Positions 9,913 through 18,187 of a stretch of 64,000 nucleotides of DNA are shown here, one piece after another (positions within the stretch are counted from its first letter, which is position 1; every line of letters begins with the position of its first letter). Below the pieces are notes generated by a model. The model did no database searches and was not told the origin of the DNA. It was given only the letters and a program-made list of their open reading frames with translations. The position numbers and the translations under genes are program-made. Source of the stretch: Treponemataceae bacterium (GTDB lineage: Bacteria; Spirochaetota; Spirochaetia; Treponematales; Rectinemataceae); NCBI GenBank assembly GCA_963678065.2, contig CAXXVZ010000005.1, positions 704,001 to 768,000 of the forward strand. The letters run 5' to 3'.

Positions 9913-10986
9913 TCAATTCAGCCAGGATCCAAGTCCCGGGCTTTCAAGCTGTCTCTGGTCGGGCATACTGCCGATGGAAATGGCGGATTCCCCGCTGACA
10001 GCATCGTTGTAGGACTCGATTATGCTCATTATGGATTCGACATGGGTGGCAACGCGCAGCCAGAGAGGGCTTACCGGATCATTCACGACATCATACGGCT
10101 TCTTCATGTCAGGCATCATGCCTGGATGAGGCGTCTCGATGAGAAAGGCCATCGCCTTGGTCGAATCGCCCCACTCGCGATGCGAAAGCCCCCGGAAATT
10201 CTCCGAAGAAGGTTCGAGTTTCATCGGTAAACCCTTTTCTTCCATTCCGAGCAATGCCAGGGCCGCGACATCGAGATTCTTCGGATTCGCGACAATCATG
10301 TTTGCAAGACGCGTTCCGACAGGCGCCTCGTGCAGATCGAACGCGATATCGACATTTTCCGATTTAAGGAGAGTCGTAACGGCAAAGGCGAGTCTCTGGG
10401 TAAGCCCGCCATCCGCCAGCCCCGGATATGCGCGATCGAGGTTCCGTATTTCCATTCCGTCGAGCTTTTCGGTGGATGCGGGATGGAGATAGACCTGTGG
10501 ATCAGGTCCACCCTGATGGGCGGGATTGGTCAATCTAGTGCCGTATTTGAAGAATCTCGTGCCGCTCCGGGTAACAAGCGAAATCCAGGATGGATCGGCG
10601 AGAGTATCATTCCATGTCGACGCAGAATTGTTGGCATGGGGAATGACGATGAGTCTGCCCTTGACGACCTGTGCCCGCTCGACGAAAAGAATGGCTGTCA
10701 TGATGCCGGCTATTTCATTCGAGTGCGTTCCGCCCGCGAGGAACATCGTGCCCCCGGCCTGCTTTCCCTCCATTATATAGACAGGAGTATCGGCGGGCGT
10801 GCCCGCAAGCGAGGGGAGCCATTCAGAGAGCCACCTGACCGAGCTGACCCCCGGCCCGGGCCGTATATCGTGATTGAGCGTCGAGACTCCCTGCGATTGT
10901 GCTCCCATGACAAAAACAAGACCTGCGAGCAGAGCAAGCAAGCCGGTTTTCGATCCTGAAAAACTGCGGATCATCCATGACCTCAC
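9913..10986 (-). CDS. Secreted AstE/AspA-family hydrolase, paralog 2
   Basis: GGTHSNE, NLDRAYPG, DLHE; closely similar to 12905..14008. Confidence 0.82.
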   Translation of the reverse strand: MRSWMIRSFSGSKTGLLALLAGLVFVMGAQSQGVSTLNHDIRPGPGVSSVRWLSEWLPSLAGTPADTPVYIMEGKQAGGTMFLAGGTHSNEIAGIMTAILFVERAQVVKGRLIVIPHANNSASTWNDTLADPSWISLVTRSGTRFFKYGTRLTNPAHQGGPDPQVYLHPASTEKLDGMEIRNLDRAYPGLADGGLTQRLAFAVTTLLKSENVDIAFDLHEAPVGTRLANMIVANPKNLDVAALALLGMEEKGLPMKLEPSSENFRGLSHREWGDSTKAMAFLIETPHPGMMPDMKKPYDVVNDPVSPLWLRVATHVESIMSIIESYNDAVSGESAISIGSMPDQRQLESPGLGSWLN

Positions 10987-11138
10987 ACGATCCTCCTTAT
11001 AACGCTTTCACTTATTTCAATATTTACATCGACTATTTCATGCTATCATTATAACAATTACGAGGCAATGCAACTGAATACATTCAACAAGAATGTATTC
11101 AGTTGCTACTACAGATTCACAATTCCAGAACCAATCAA

Positions 11139-11165
11139 CATACCCCGCAGCATCTGCGGGGTATG
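11139..11165 (-). terminator. Stem-loop, probable terminator after ggt copy 2
   Basis: Perfect 12-bp stem CATACCCCGCAG-CAT-CTGCGGGGTATG just downstream of the stop at 11181. Confidence 0.6.
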
Positions 11166-11180
11166 AAACCCGCCTGCGAA

Positions 11181-12908
11181 TCAGTAGCCGAGCACGGCTC
11201 CGTCGCGCCGCGGGTCGGCACCACCATTCAGGAGTCCCGTCACGGGGTCGATCACGATGGCCTGCGCTCCGCCGAAGAAGAGGTCGTAGTCGGTGTAAGC
11301 CTTCAGCGAGTAGCCCATCGCCTTGAGTGCATTCTGAGTGGCCGCGGGCATGCGGGACTCGATCGAGAGATCTTTTTCGGAGTCGCGGGCGTAGAAGCGC
11401 GTCGCCTCGATGGCTTCCTGGACGCCCATCTTGTAGTCGATGAGATTCGACGCGAGGAGAACCATCGTCGAGATGATGCGCGCGGCTCCCGGCGTTCCCA
11501 TGGTGGCGAAAGTCTTTCCGTCCTTCGCGATGATGGTCGGGGATATCGTGGTGCGCATGCGCTTGCCGGGGGCGTAGGCGTTGACGCCCTTGGCGGACCA
11601 GTTCTGCATCTCGTTGTTGAGGATGATGCCGGTTCCCGGCGTGACAACCTTGGCTCCCCAGAAACCGGAGATGGTCTGTGTCAGGGCGACCATGTTGCCG
11701 TCCTTGTCCACGGTGGAGAGGTGGGTCGTGCTGAAGTGCTCCTTGTCGGGCTCTCCGGCCTTCACCGCGGGGGTGAGCTTCGCGGGATTGATTTCGGCCG
11801 CGCGCTTCTTCGCGTAGTCCTTGGAAAGAAGGCCGGCGACGGGAAGCTTCGCGAAGGCGGGGTCGCCGACGAAGGCCGAATTGTCCGCGAAACCGCGCTT
11901 CATGGCCTCGGCCATGATGTGGACGGTGACGGGGTCCATCGGGTCGCGCGAGGCGATGTCGAAATTCTCGAGCATCTGGAGGATCTCGATGACGGAGATG
12001 CCGCCGACTGGGGGCGGCGCGGAGATGATGTCGTAGCCGCGGTAGCTGCCGCGGACGGGCTCGCGCTCGATGGCCCTGTACGCCGCGAGGTCGGCCTTGG
12101 TTATGTAACCGCCATTCGCGGCCATGTCGGCGGCGATCTTGTCGGCGATTTCGCCCTTGTAGAAGACATCGGGGCCGCCTGAGGCGATCTTGGCGAGGGA
12201 GACGGCGAGGTCGTGATTCTTCAGGATCTGGCCGGCCGTGAGGGGAAGACCGTCCGGAGCCACGATGGCGAGGAGGGCGTCGTTCTTGCTGATCGGGTCG
12301 AAGCTGTCGGAGATGATCTGCTCGAGAGTGGGGCCTATCGCGAAGCCTTCTTCGGCGAGCTTGATGGCTGGCGCCATGACCTGGGCGAGGCTCATGGTGC
12401 CGTACTTCTGCAGCGCGAGGGAGAGCCCTGCCACGACGCCCGGAACGGCGACCGCCTTGTGGCCTTCGTTGCCGAACCTGACAGCAGAGAGGTCGGCGAG
12501 GGGGGCCATGGAGCGGTAGTCGATGGCGACCGTCGTCTTCTTGTCGGCGAGATAGATGACCATCATGCCCTCGCCCCCGAGTCCGGTGGCGTTGCACTCC
12601 GCGACGCCGATGGCGAAGGCAGAGGCCACCGCCGCGTCGACTGCGTTTCCGCCCGCTTTCAGTATTGCCAGGCCGGCCTGGGACGCAAGAGGATGCGCCG
12701 AAGCCACCATGCCGTTTTGAGCTACAACCTGGGGGATTTTCGTCGTAACGGCGGGCGCCGACTGGGCCCAGAGTCCCGTGAAGCTCGCGGCCAGGAAGGC
12801 CACGCAGAGCATGAATGCGGGAAGCGCGCGCAGACTGCGCCTCACGCTTGTGCCCGGATACATCCTTTTCCGATGGTCCATGTTCTTTCCTCCTTGGATA
12901 TCATTCAA
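11181..12908 (-). CDS. ggt: Gamma-glutamyltransferase (CapD-like), copy 2 (start may be the second Met, MDHRK)
   Basis: Same motifs as copy 1; STTHLS nucleophile Thr. Confidence 0.92.
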   Translation of the reverse strand: MNDIQGGKNMDHRKRMYPGTSVRRSLRALPAFMLCVAFLAASFTGLWAQSAPAVTTKIPQVVAQNGMVASAHPLASQAGLAILKAGGNAVDAAVASAFAIGVAECNATGLGGEGMMVIYLADKKTTVAIDYRSMAPLADLSAVRFGNEGHKAVAVPGVVAGLSLALQKYGTMSLAQVMAPAIKLAEEGFAIGPTLEQIISDSFDPISKNDALLAIVAPDGLPLTAGQILKNHDLAVSLAKIASGGPDVFYKGEIADKIAADMAANGGYITKADLAAYRAIEREPVRGSYRGYDIISAPPPVGGISVIEILQMLENFDIASRDPMDPVTVHIMAEAMKRGFADNSAFVGDPAFAKLPVAGLLSKDYAKKRAAEINPAKLTPAVKAGEPDKEHFSTTHLSTVDKDGNMVALTQTISGFWGAKVVTPGTGIILNNEMQNWSAKGVNAYAPGKRMRTTISPTIIAKDGKTFATMGTPGAARIISTMVLLASNLIDYKMGVQEAIEATRFYARDSEKDLSIESRMPAATQNALKAMGYSLKAYTDYDLFFGGAQAIVIDPVTGLLNGGADPRRDGAVLGY

Positions 12909-14008
12909 AACCAGGAACCAAGTCCTGTGCTTTCGAGCTGTTTCAGGCCGGGGAGGCCGTCGAACGCGATCGCGCCCGCCTCATCGGACAGATCGTCGTA
13001 GGCCTCGACAATACTTTTCACCGATTCGACCTGAGTTGCGACGCGCAGCCACAGGGGGTTCTTCGCGTCGTTCACCGTGTCGTAGGGAAACTTCGATCCC
13101 GTCTGTCCCGGATTCGGCGTCTCGATGAGGAAGGCCATCGCTTTCGTGGAATCGCCCCATTCGCGGTGCGAAAGGCCCCGGAAGCTCTCCGATGAGGGTT
13201 CGAGTTTCATGGGCAGACCCTTTGCCTCCATGCCGAGAAGGGCGAGCGCAGCCGCGTCCAGGTTCTTGGGATTGGCGACGATCATGTTGGCGAGGCGGGA
13301 ATCGGGCCCGGCCTCGTGGAGGTCGAAGGCGATGTCGACGTTTTCTGTCTTGAGGAGAGTCGTGATCGCCCAGGCGAGACGCTGGGTCAGGCCGCCCTCC
13401 GGAAGCCCGGGATAGGCCCGGTCGAGATTGCGGATTTCCATCCCCCCGAGTTTTTCCGTGGACTCAGGATGGAGATAGACCTCGGGATCGGCCTCGCCCT
13501 GGTGGGCGGGGTATGTGAGCCTCGATCCGTATTTGAAAAACCGGGTTCCGCCCTGGGTGGGGATCGCTATCCACGCCGGGTCGACCGAAGGATTTTCGTT
13601 CCAGGTCGAGGCGGAGTTGTTGGCGTGGGGGATGACGATGAGCCTGCCGGCCTCCACCCTCGCCTTCTCGACGACCAGGATGGCGGTCATGATACCTGCT
13701 ATCTCGTTGGAGTGGGTGCCGCCGGCCAGGAACATTGTCCCGCCGGGCTTCGCGCCTTCGAGGATGTAGACGCGCGTATCGGCGGGAGTTCCCGCGAGGG
13801 AGGGCAGCCATTCCGAAAGCCAGCGGACCGAACTCACGCCCGGGCCCGGCCTGATATCGTGCTCGATCGTCGATGCTCCCCTCGTCCTTTCCTGGGCGCC
13901 CGCCCCCGCAACGAGGGCGAGACAGGCCATGACGACGAAAAGAGCAAAGCGGCGACTTCCCGAAAGGCTGTGGGATGCCCTGGATTTCACGCGAACCTCC
14001 TGAAACAA
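12905..14008 (-). CDS. Secreted AstE/AspA-family hydrolase, paralog 3
   Basis: GGTHSNE, NLDRAYPG, DLHE; signal peptide; start uncertain. Confidence 0.82.
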   Translation of the reverse strand: MFQEVRVKSRASHSLSGSRRFALFVVMACLALVAGAGAQERTRGASTIEHDIRPGPGVSSVRWLSEWLPSLAGTPADTRVYILEGAKPGGTMFLAGGTHSNEIAGIMTAILVVEKARVEAGRLIVIPHANNSASTWNENPSVDPAWIAIPTQGGTRFFKYGSRLTYPAHQGEADPEVYLHPESTEKLGGMEIRNLDRAYPGLPEGGLTQRLAWAITTLLKTENVDIAFDLHEAGPDSRLANMIVANPKNLDAAALALLGMEAKGLPMKLEPSSESFRGLSHREWGDSTKAMAFLIETPNPGQTGSKFPYDTVNDAKNPLWLRVATQVESVKSIVEAYDDLSDEAGAIAFDGLPGLKQLESTGLGSWF

Positions 14009-14189
14009 AGACCAGACAGGGTGGCAATGTGGATTTTTTATGAAAATTTATTTCACGTACAGTGCATTATATGCCCGATGATGTTCCGGAACAAGTCGAG
14101 ATCGAAAACAGGAGGGTGGAATTTCAGGTGGATCTTCGGAGGGGACAGAGCCGCGCAAGATCGTCGGGCTCAATCCGGCCGGCAGGTTT

Positions 14190-14921
14190 TCAGCCCTCTT
14201 GCGCTTCCTTCAGCCTGTCGAGGTTGAGCGTCCGCCAGATGCGGTCATGTTCGTAAATCGCGGCAATCGCCGCGTCCTTGTCGTGCTTGCGCAGCGCATC
14301 CACGAGGGCGGTGTGGGACTCGATGCCGTGCCCTGGCATCATGGTCGGGGTGAAGAGCTCGATGACGAAGGAGTAGAGGTTCTCCACCAGCTTGTTCTTG
14401 GTGGCCTTTCCCATTCTGATGTGAAACTCGACATCGAGAGGAAGGGCAAGCTCGTGCTCATCCGGGTGCTCCGCTACACAGGAGGCGAGCTTGTCGCAGG
14501 CTTCCGCGAGGCCCTCTATCTCTTCCGGGCCGGCGTTGGCGACGAGGAGGGAGGCTATGCCTGTCTCGACGAGGATGCGCAGCTCCGCGAGTTCCTCGAT
14601 GTCGGAGGGGACGACGAGGAGGCGGAAGAGCAGGGGATCGAAAATCTTCTTGTTCGCGGTGGTGCCGACATAGGTTCCGTCGCCGCGCTTGATGTCGACG
14701 ATGCCGAAGGCGGAGAGGATTTTCATGGCCTCGCGGATCGAGCCGCGGCCGACTTTCAGCTGCTCTGCGAGTTCGCTCTCGTTCGGGATCTGGTCGCCCG
14801 GCTTGAGCCGCTTTTCCAGCAGGGCCGACCTGATCGTCTGGATGACCTGCTCGACCGTTGTCGGACGAGGTTCGGCCTGACCGAATATCTCATTGGTCGA
14901 TGTCTTCATGGTGGTGTTCAA
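14190..14921 (-). CDS. GntR/FadR-family transcriptional regulator
   Basis: LKPGDQIPNESELAEQLKVGRGSIREAMKIL wHTH plus FCD domain (DVEFH). Confidence 0.92.
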   Translation of the reverse strand: MNTTMKTSTNEIFGQAEPRPTTVEQVIQTIRSALLEKRLKPGDQIPNESELAEQLKVGRGSIREAMKILSAFGIVDIKRGDGTYVGTTANKKIFDPLLFRLLVVPSDIEELAELRILVETGIASLLVANAGPEEIEGLAEACDKLASCVAEHPDEHELALPLDVEFHIRMGKATKNKLVENLYSFVIELFTPTMMPGHGIESHTALVDALRKHDKDAAIAAIYEHDRIWRTLNLDRLKEAQEG

Positions 14922-14981
14922 GTGTACGCCGACTGGTCTTCTTCTTCAAGCGTCGCGCGCGTCGGCGCGGCAGGCGTTTTA

Positions 14982-15320
14982 TCAGACATAGTCGGCCCGC
15001 ATCGGGGTAAAGCACTCGATGATCTCCGAGTCCTCGAGTATCTCGGAGCCGTGGGCCTCGTTCGAATCAAAAATGTAGCCGTCGCCGGGGCCGACGATGA
15101 ATGATTCCCCGTTCTCCTTGAAAAACCTGATCAGGCCCGAAATCACGTAGCCGTTCTGGGCGGGCAGGTGAGTGTGGAGAGGAAGGCCCGTTCCCTTTGC
15201 CAGGTAGAAATAGCAGAGCATGTTGTCCTTGTTGTAGGACAGCGTGACCCTGTCGATGCCGGGGCGCATGGTGACGCGCCTGCCCGTGGACAAGCTCGAC
15301 AGGAAAACCTTGTCAGGCAC
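14982..15320 (-). CDS. Cupin domain protein
   Basis: GTG start with GGAGG upstream; PLHTH...GYVISG and GDGYIFDSNEAHG cupin motifs. Confidence 0.82.
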   Translation of the reverse strand: MPDKVFLSSLSTGRRVTMRPGIDRVTLSYNKDNMLCYFYLAKGTGLPLHTHLPAQNGYVISGLIRFFKENGESFIVGPGDGYIFDSNEAHGSEILEDSEIIECFTPMRADYV

Positions 15321-16374
15321 GGTGCTTCCTCCTTTCGCTGATGGCTTGTGTGAGGGCGTCCCAGCCCTGGATGAAGGAGTTGCGGAACAGGACCACGGGG
15401 CCGAAGCGCTCGAACTCCTCCACCTCGAGCGCGCCTTCTTCACGGGCCTGGCGGTATTCCGGAATGAGGCGGGAAAGCTCGTCGACGACATAGGCCGGCA
15501 CGGGCGTCTGCATCCTCCACACGACGAAGGGATTTTCCGCGAGGAGAGTCTCCGCGCCTCCCTTCCAGTTGATCGTCACGTGGACATCGCCGCCGACGAG
15601 TTCCGTGAAATGGTGGAGCCCGCGCGCCCCGCCGCCGAGCAGTATCCCCGGATAGCCGCGCTCTTTCATGATGGCGTACTGGCGGCGCGCGACCGAGAGT
15701 CCCGCCTGGAAGAGAATGTCGGCTCTCACGGGAATCCCGTGTTCGGCGACAACCTGCTTCATGTAGTCGTCGAAAATGCCCGAAATGTGTGTCACATAGT
15801 ATGCCGCGCGGCCGCGATACGCCTCGCAGGCCGCTACAGCCTGGGAAACGCTCATGACCTCCGTGGCGATGATCGGAACCTCTTCGGCCGAAAGAACGGA
15901 GATGGCAGCGAGCCCCGCCGCCGTCACGGGAATCTTGGCTATGATGTTCGGGGCGATTTTCCTGTTCTCGCGGGCGTCCGCGATGATGGCCTCGGCCCTG
16001 TCCTCCTCGTGCGGGGAAATCTGGATCGAGACCCAGCCTGATTTTCCTCCTGAGGCTTCATGGACTGGGAGGAAGATCGACGCGAGGCGGGCGACGGCCG
16101 CACGCTGGACGGCCGCGGCGGCAGCGCCGAGGCCGGCATCACTGGCGACGCCGGTGTCGGTGATGCCCGCGCGGGCGATCGCGCAGTCGATATCCTCGTC
16201 GAGCTTCGCCTTCTCGACCGGATCTTTCAGCATCTTCGAAACATACGCAGGATTGGTCGTGCACGCGAATGCCCCCGCCCCTATCGCCTTTTCGGCCTCG
16301 GCAGCCGTGGGATTGTTGATCCAGAACCGCGTCGGGCTCTGTTCATGCACTCGGTGAAAATATGAAGCGGACAT
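15313..16374 (-). CDS. Transaldolase-family protein
   Basis: TRFWINNPT, CTTNPAY, VSIQ, IIAKIPVT (Schiff-base Lys). Confidence 0.85.
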   Translation of the reverse strand: MSASYFHRVHEQSPTRFWINNPTAAEAEKAIGAGAFACTTNPAYVSKMLKDPVEKAKLDEDIDCAIARAGITDTGVASDAGLGAAAAAVQRAAVARLASIFLPVHEASGGKSGWVSIQISPHEEDRAEAIIADARENRKIAPNIIAKIPVTAAGLAAISVLSAEEVPIIATEVMSVSQAVAACEAYRGRAAYYVTHISGIFDDYMKQVVAEHGIPVRADILFQAGLSVARRQYAIMKERGYPGILLGGGARGLHHFTELVGGDVHVTINWKGGAETLLAENPFVVWRMQTPVPAYVVDELSRLIPEYRQAREEGALEVEEFERFGPVVLFRNSFIQGWDALTQAISERRKHRA

Positions 16375-16407
16375 TCCGGCACCCCTTTCGATATCGGCAT
16401 GCATCCG

Positions 16408-16431
16408 GGCCTGATTTTTGAAAATCAGGCC
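16408..16431. promoter_or_regulatory. Perfect inverted repeat upstream of the transaldolase; candidate operator or leader hairpin
   Basis: GGCCTGATTTT-TG-AAAATCAGGCC; minus-strand TATAAT at 16442-16447. Confidence 0.4.
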
Positions 16432-16585
16432 TCTCGCAAACATTATACTTTATACGTCATATGTATGATAGCATAGTTTCGGAATTCTGCAACCGAATTT
16501 CGCGTCAGAGGCGGGCGCAGATTCCACAAGCCCCGGCGCCGTATTATGATCGTGCACAGATCGCCCGACCGAAGGATGGAATTCC

Positions 16586-18187
16586 ATGAACTTTTCCGAC
16601 GTCCGAGCTACGGCCATAGAGCTGACCCGTTTCCCCAGCGTCACGAACAGCCCGGGAGAAACCGCGTTCGCCCCCTTTCTGGCCGGGAAAATCGGCGCTC
16701 TCAAGTACTTCCGTTCCCACCCCGAAGATCTGCTCGTGGAACGGACTACCTCGGATCACTGCGACCGGAGCGTGGTCTTCGCTTTCGTGCGCGGCACCGG
16801 TCCGGATTGCCTCATCCTGACCGGGCATTACGATGTCGTATCCACAGCATGCTACGGCGACCTGGAGGGTCTGGCGTTCGAGCCCGAAGAGCTGACGGCC
16901 CGCCTCGTCCGGGAACTGGCCCGTGAAGGCTCAGGCGCGGGTGCGACCCGGGCCAGGGCCGATCTGGAATCGGGCGCCTTTCTCGCCGGTAGAGGGCTTC
17001 TGGACATGAAATCCGGTCTCGCCGCGGGGCTGTCGGTCCTCGAGCGCTTCGCCGCCGATCCGGACCGGAAAGGCAACATCCTCTTCCTGGCCGTCCCCGA
17101 CGAGGAGGATTCCTCGCACGGCATGCGGCATGCGGCCAGACGGATCAATGACTTCCTCGCGGCGAGGGCTTGCTCTCCTGTCGCCGCCATCAACCTGGAC
17201 TCCGCCGTCGACCAGGATTCCGGCGAAGACGGCAGGGCGATTTTCCTCGGCTCGGTCGGCAAACTTCTGCCATTCGTGCTCTTCGTGGGCAGACCCACGC
17301 ACGCGGGAGCCCCCTTCGACGGAGTCAATCCGACCCTTCTCGCCGCCGAGTTCGTCCGCGCGGTCGAATCCGACCCGGAAGGGCTCGGCGAGGACGCCGC
17401 ATCGGATTCCGAGCCACCCCCTCCCCCGACAGTCCTCTACATGAGGGAGATGCGGCGCGCTTACGATGTCACGACCCCCTCCTCGGTGTTCTGCGCCCTC
17501 AATGTTCTCTCGCACAGGCGGAGTCCCGCCGAAGTGCTCGGACGACTCGGGCCCCTCGCGGGGCAGGCGATGGAGCGTGCCCTGACCCTCCTCGTTTCGC
17601 GCGCGAAGGAGCAATCGCGCCGCTCCGGATCTGTCTTCGCACCGCCGGACAGACCGCCAGCCGTCATCGATTTCGCCGAGCTGGCCAAGGGACTCCCCGC
17701 TGCAAGCGGCCTGTCCGACATCGAGCTGGACCCCGTCGTGGCGACAGCTGCTATCGCAGAGGCATTCGTCGTCCGCGCCGGCATCGAGGGTCCGGCTGCG
17801 ATCATCGGCTTCGCGCCGCCATACTACCCGAGAGCCGAACTCTCTCCCGGACGCGACGGCGCGTTCCGTTCAATCCTCGAACACGAGGCAGCGCGAATGG
17901 CCGCCGAGACGGGCGAGTCGATCAGGCTCCGCCCGTACTTCCCCGGAATTTCGGACATGAGCCACCTCGCACCCTCCGATGGCCCCGGACAGGCCGACTA
18001 TGTGGCCGCGCGCTCACCGGTCGCCCCTTCCGCGACGGGCGAAGGGCTCGGATGCCCTGTCGTCAACATCGGTCCCTGGGGACGCGAGTATCATCAGCGC
18101 CTCGAGCGCGTCCATGTCGACTACAGCTTCAAGGTGCTGCCTGAACTCCTGTGGCGGATATCCATCGCCCTCCTCTCCTCAGAATGA
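16586..18187 (+). CDS. M20-family peptidase, RocB-like
   Basis: LTGHYDVV, GRGLLDMKSG, PDEE, GSVGKLLP, PGISDMS, NIGPWGREYHQRLER. Confidence 0.82.
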   Translation: MNFSDVRATAIELTRFPSVTNSPGETAFAPFLAGKIGALKYFRSHPEDLLVERTTSDHCDRSVVFAFVRGTGPDCLILTGHYDVVSTACYGDLEGLAFEPEELTARLVRELAREGSGAGATRARADLESGAFLAGRGLLDMKSGLAAGLSVLERFAADPDRKGNILFLAVPDEEDSSHGMRHAARRINDFLAARACSPVAAINLDSAVDQDSGEDGRAIFLGSVGKLLPFVLFVGRPTHAGAPFDGVNPTLLAAEFVRAVESDPEGLGEDAASDSEPPPPPTVLYMREMRRAYDVTTPSSVFCALNVLSHRRSPAEVLGRLGPLAGQAMERALTLLVSRAKEQSRRSGSVFAPPDRPPAVIDFAELAKGLPAASGLSDIELDPVVATAAIAEAFVVRAGIEGPAAIIGFAPPYYPRAELSPGRDGAFRSILEHEAARMAAETGESIRLRPYFPGISDMSHLAPSDGPGQADYVAARSPVAPSATGEGLGCPVVNIGPWGREYHQRLERVHVDYSFKVLPELLWRISIALLSSE

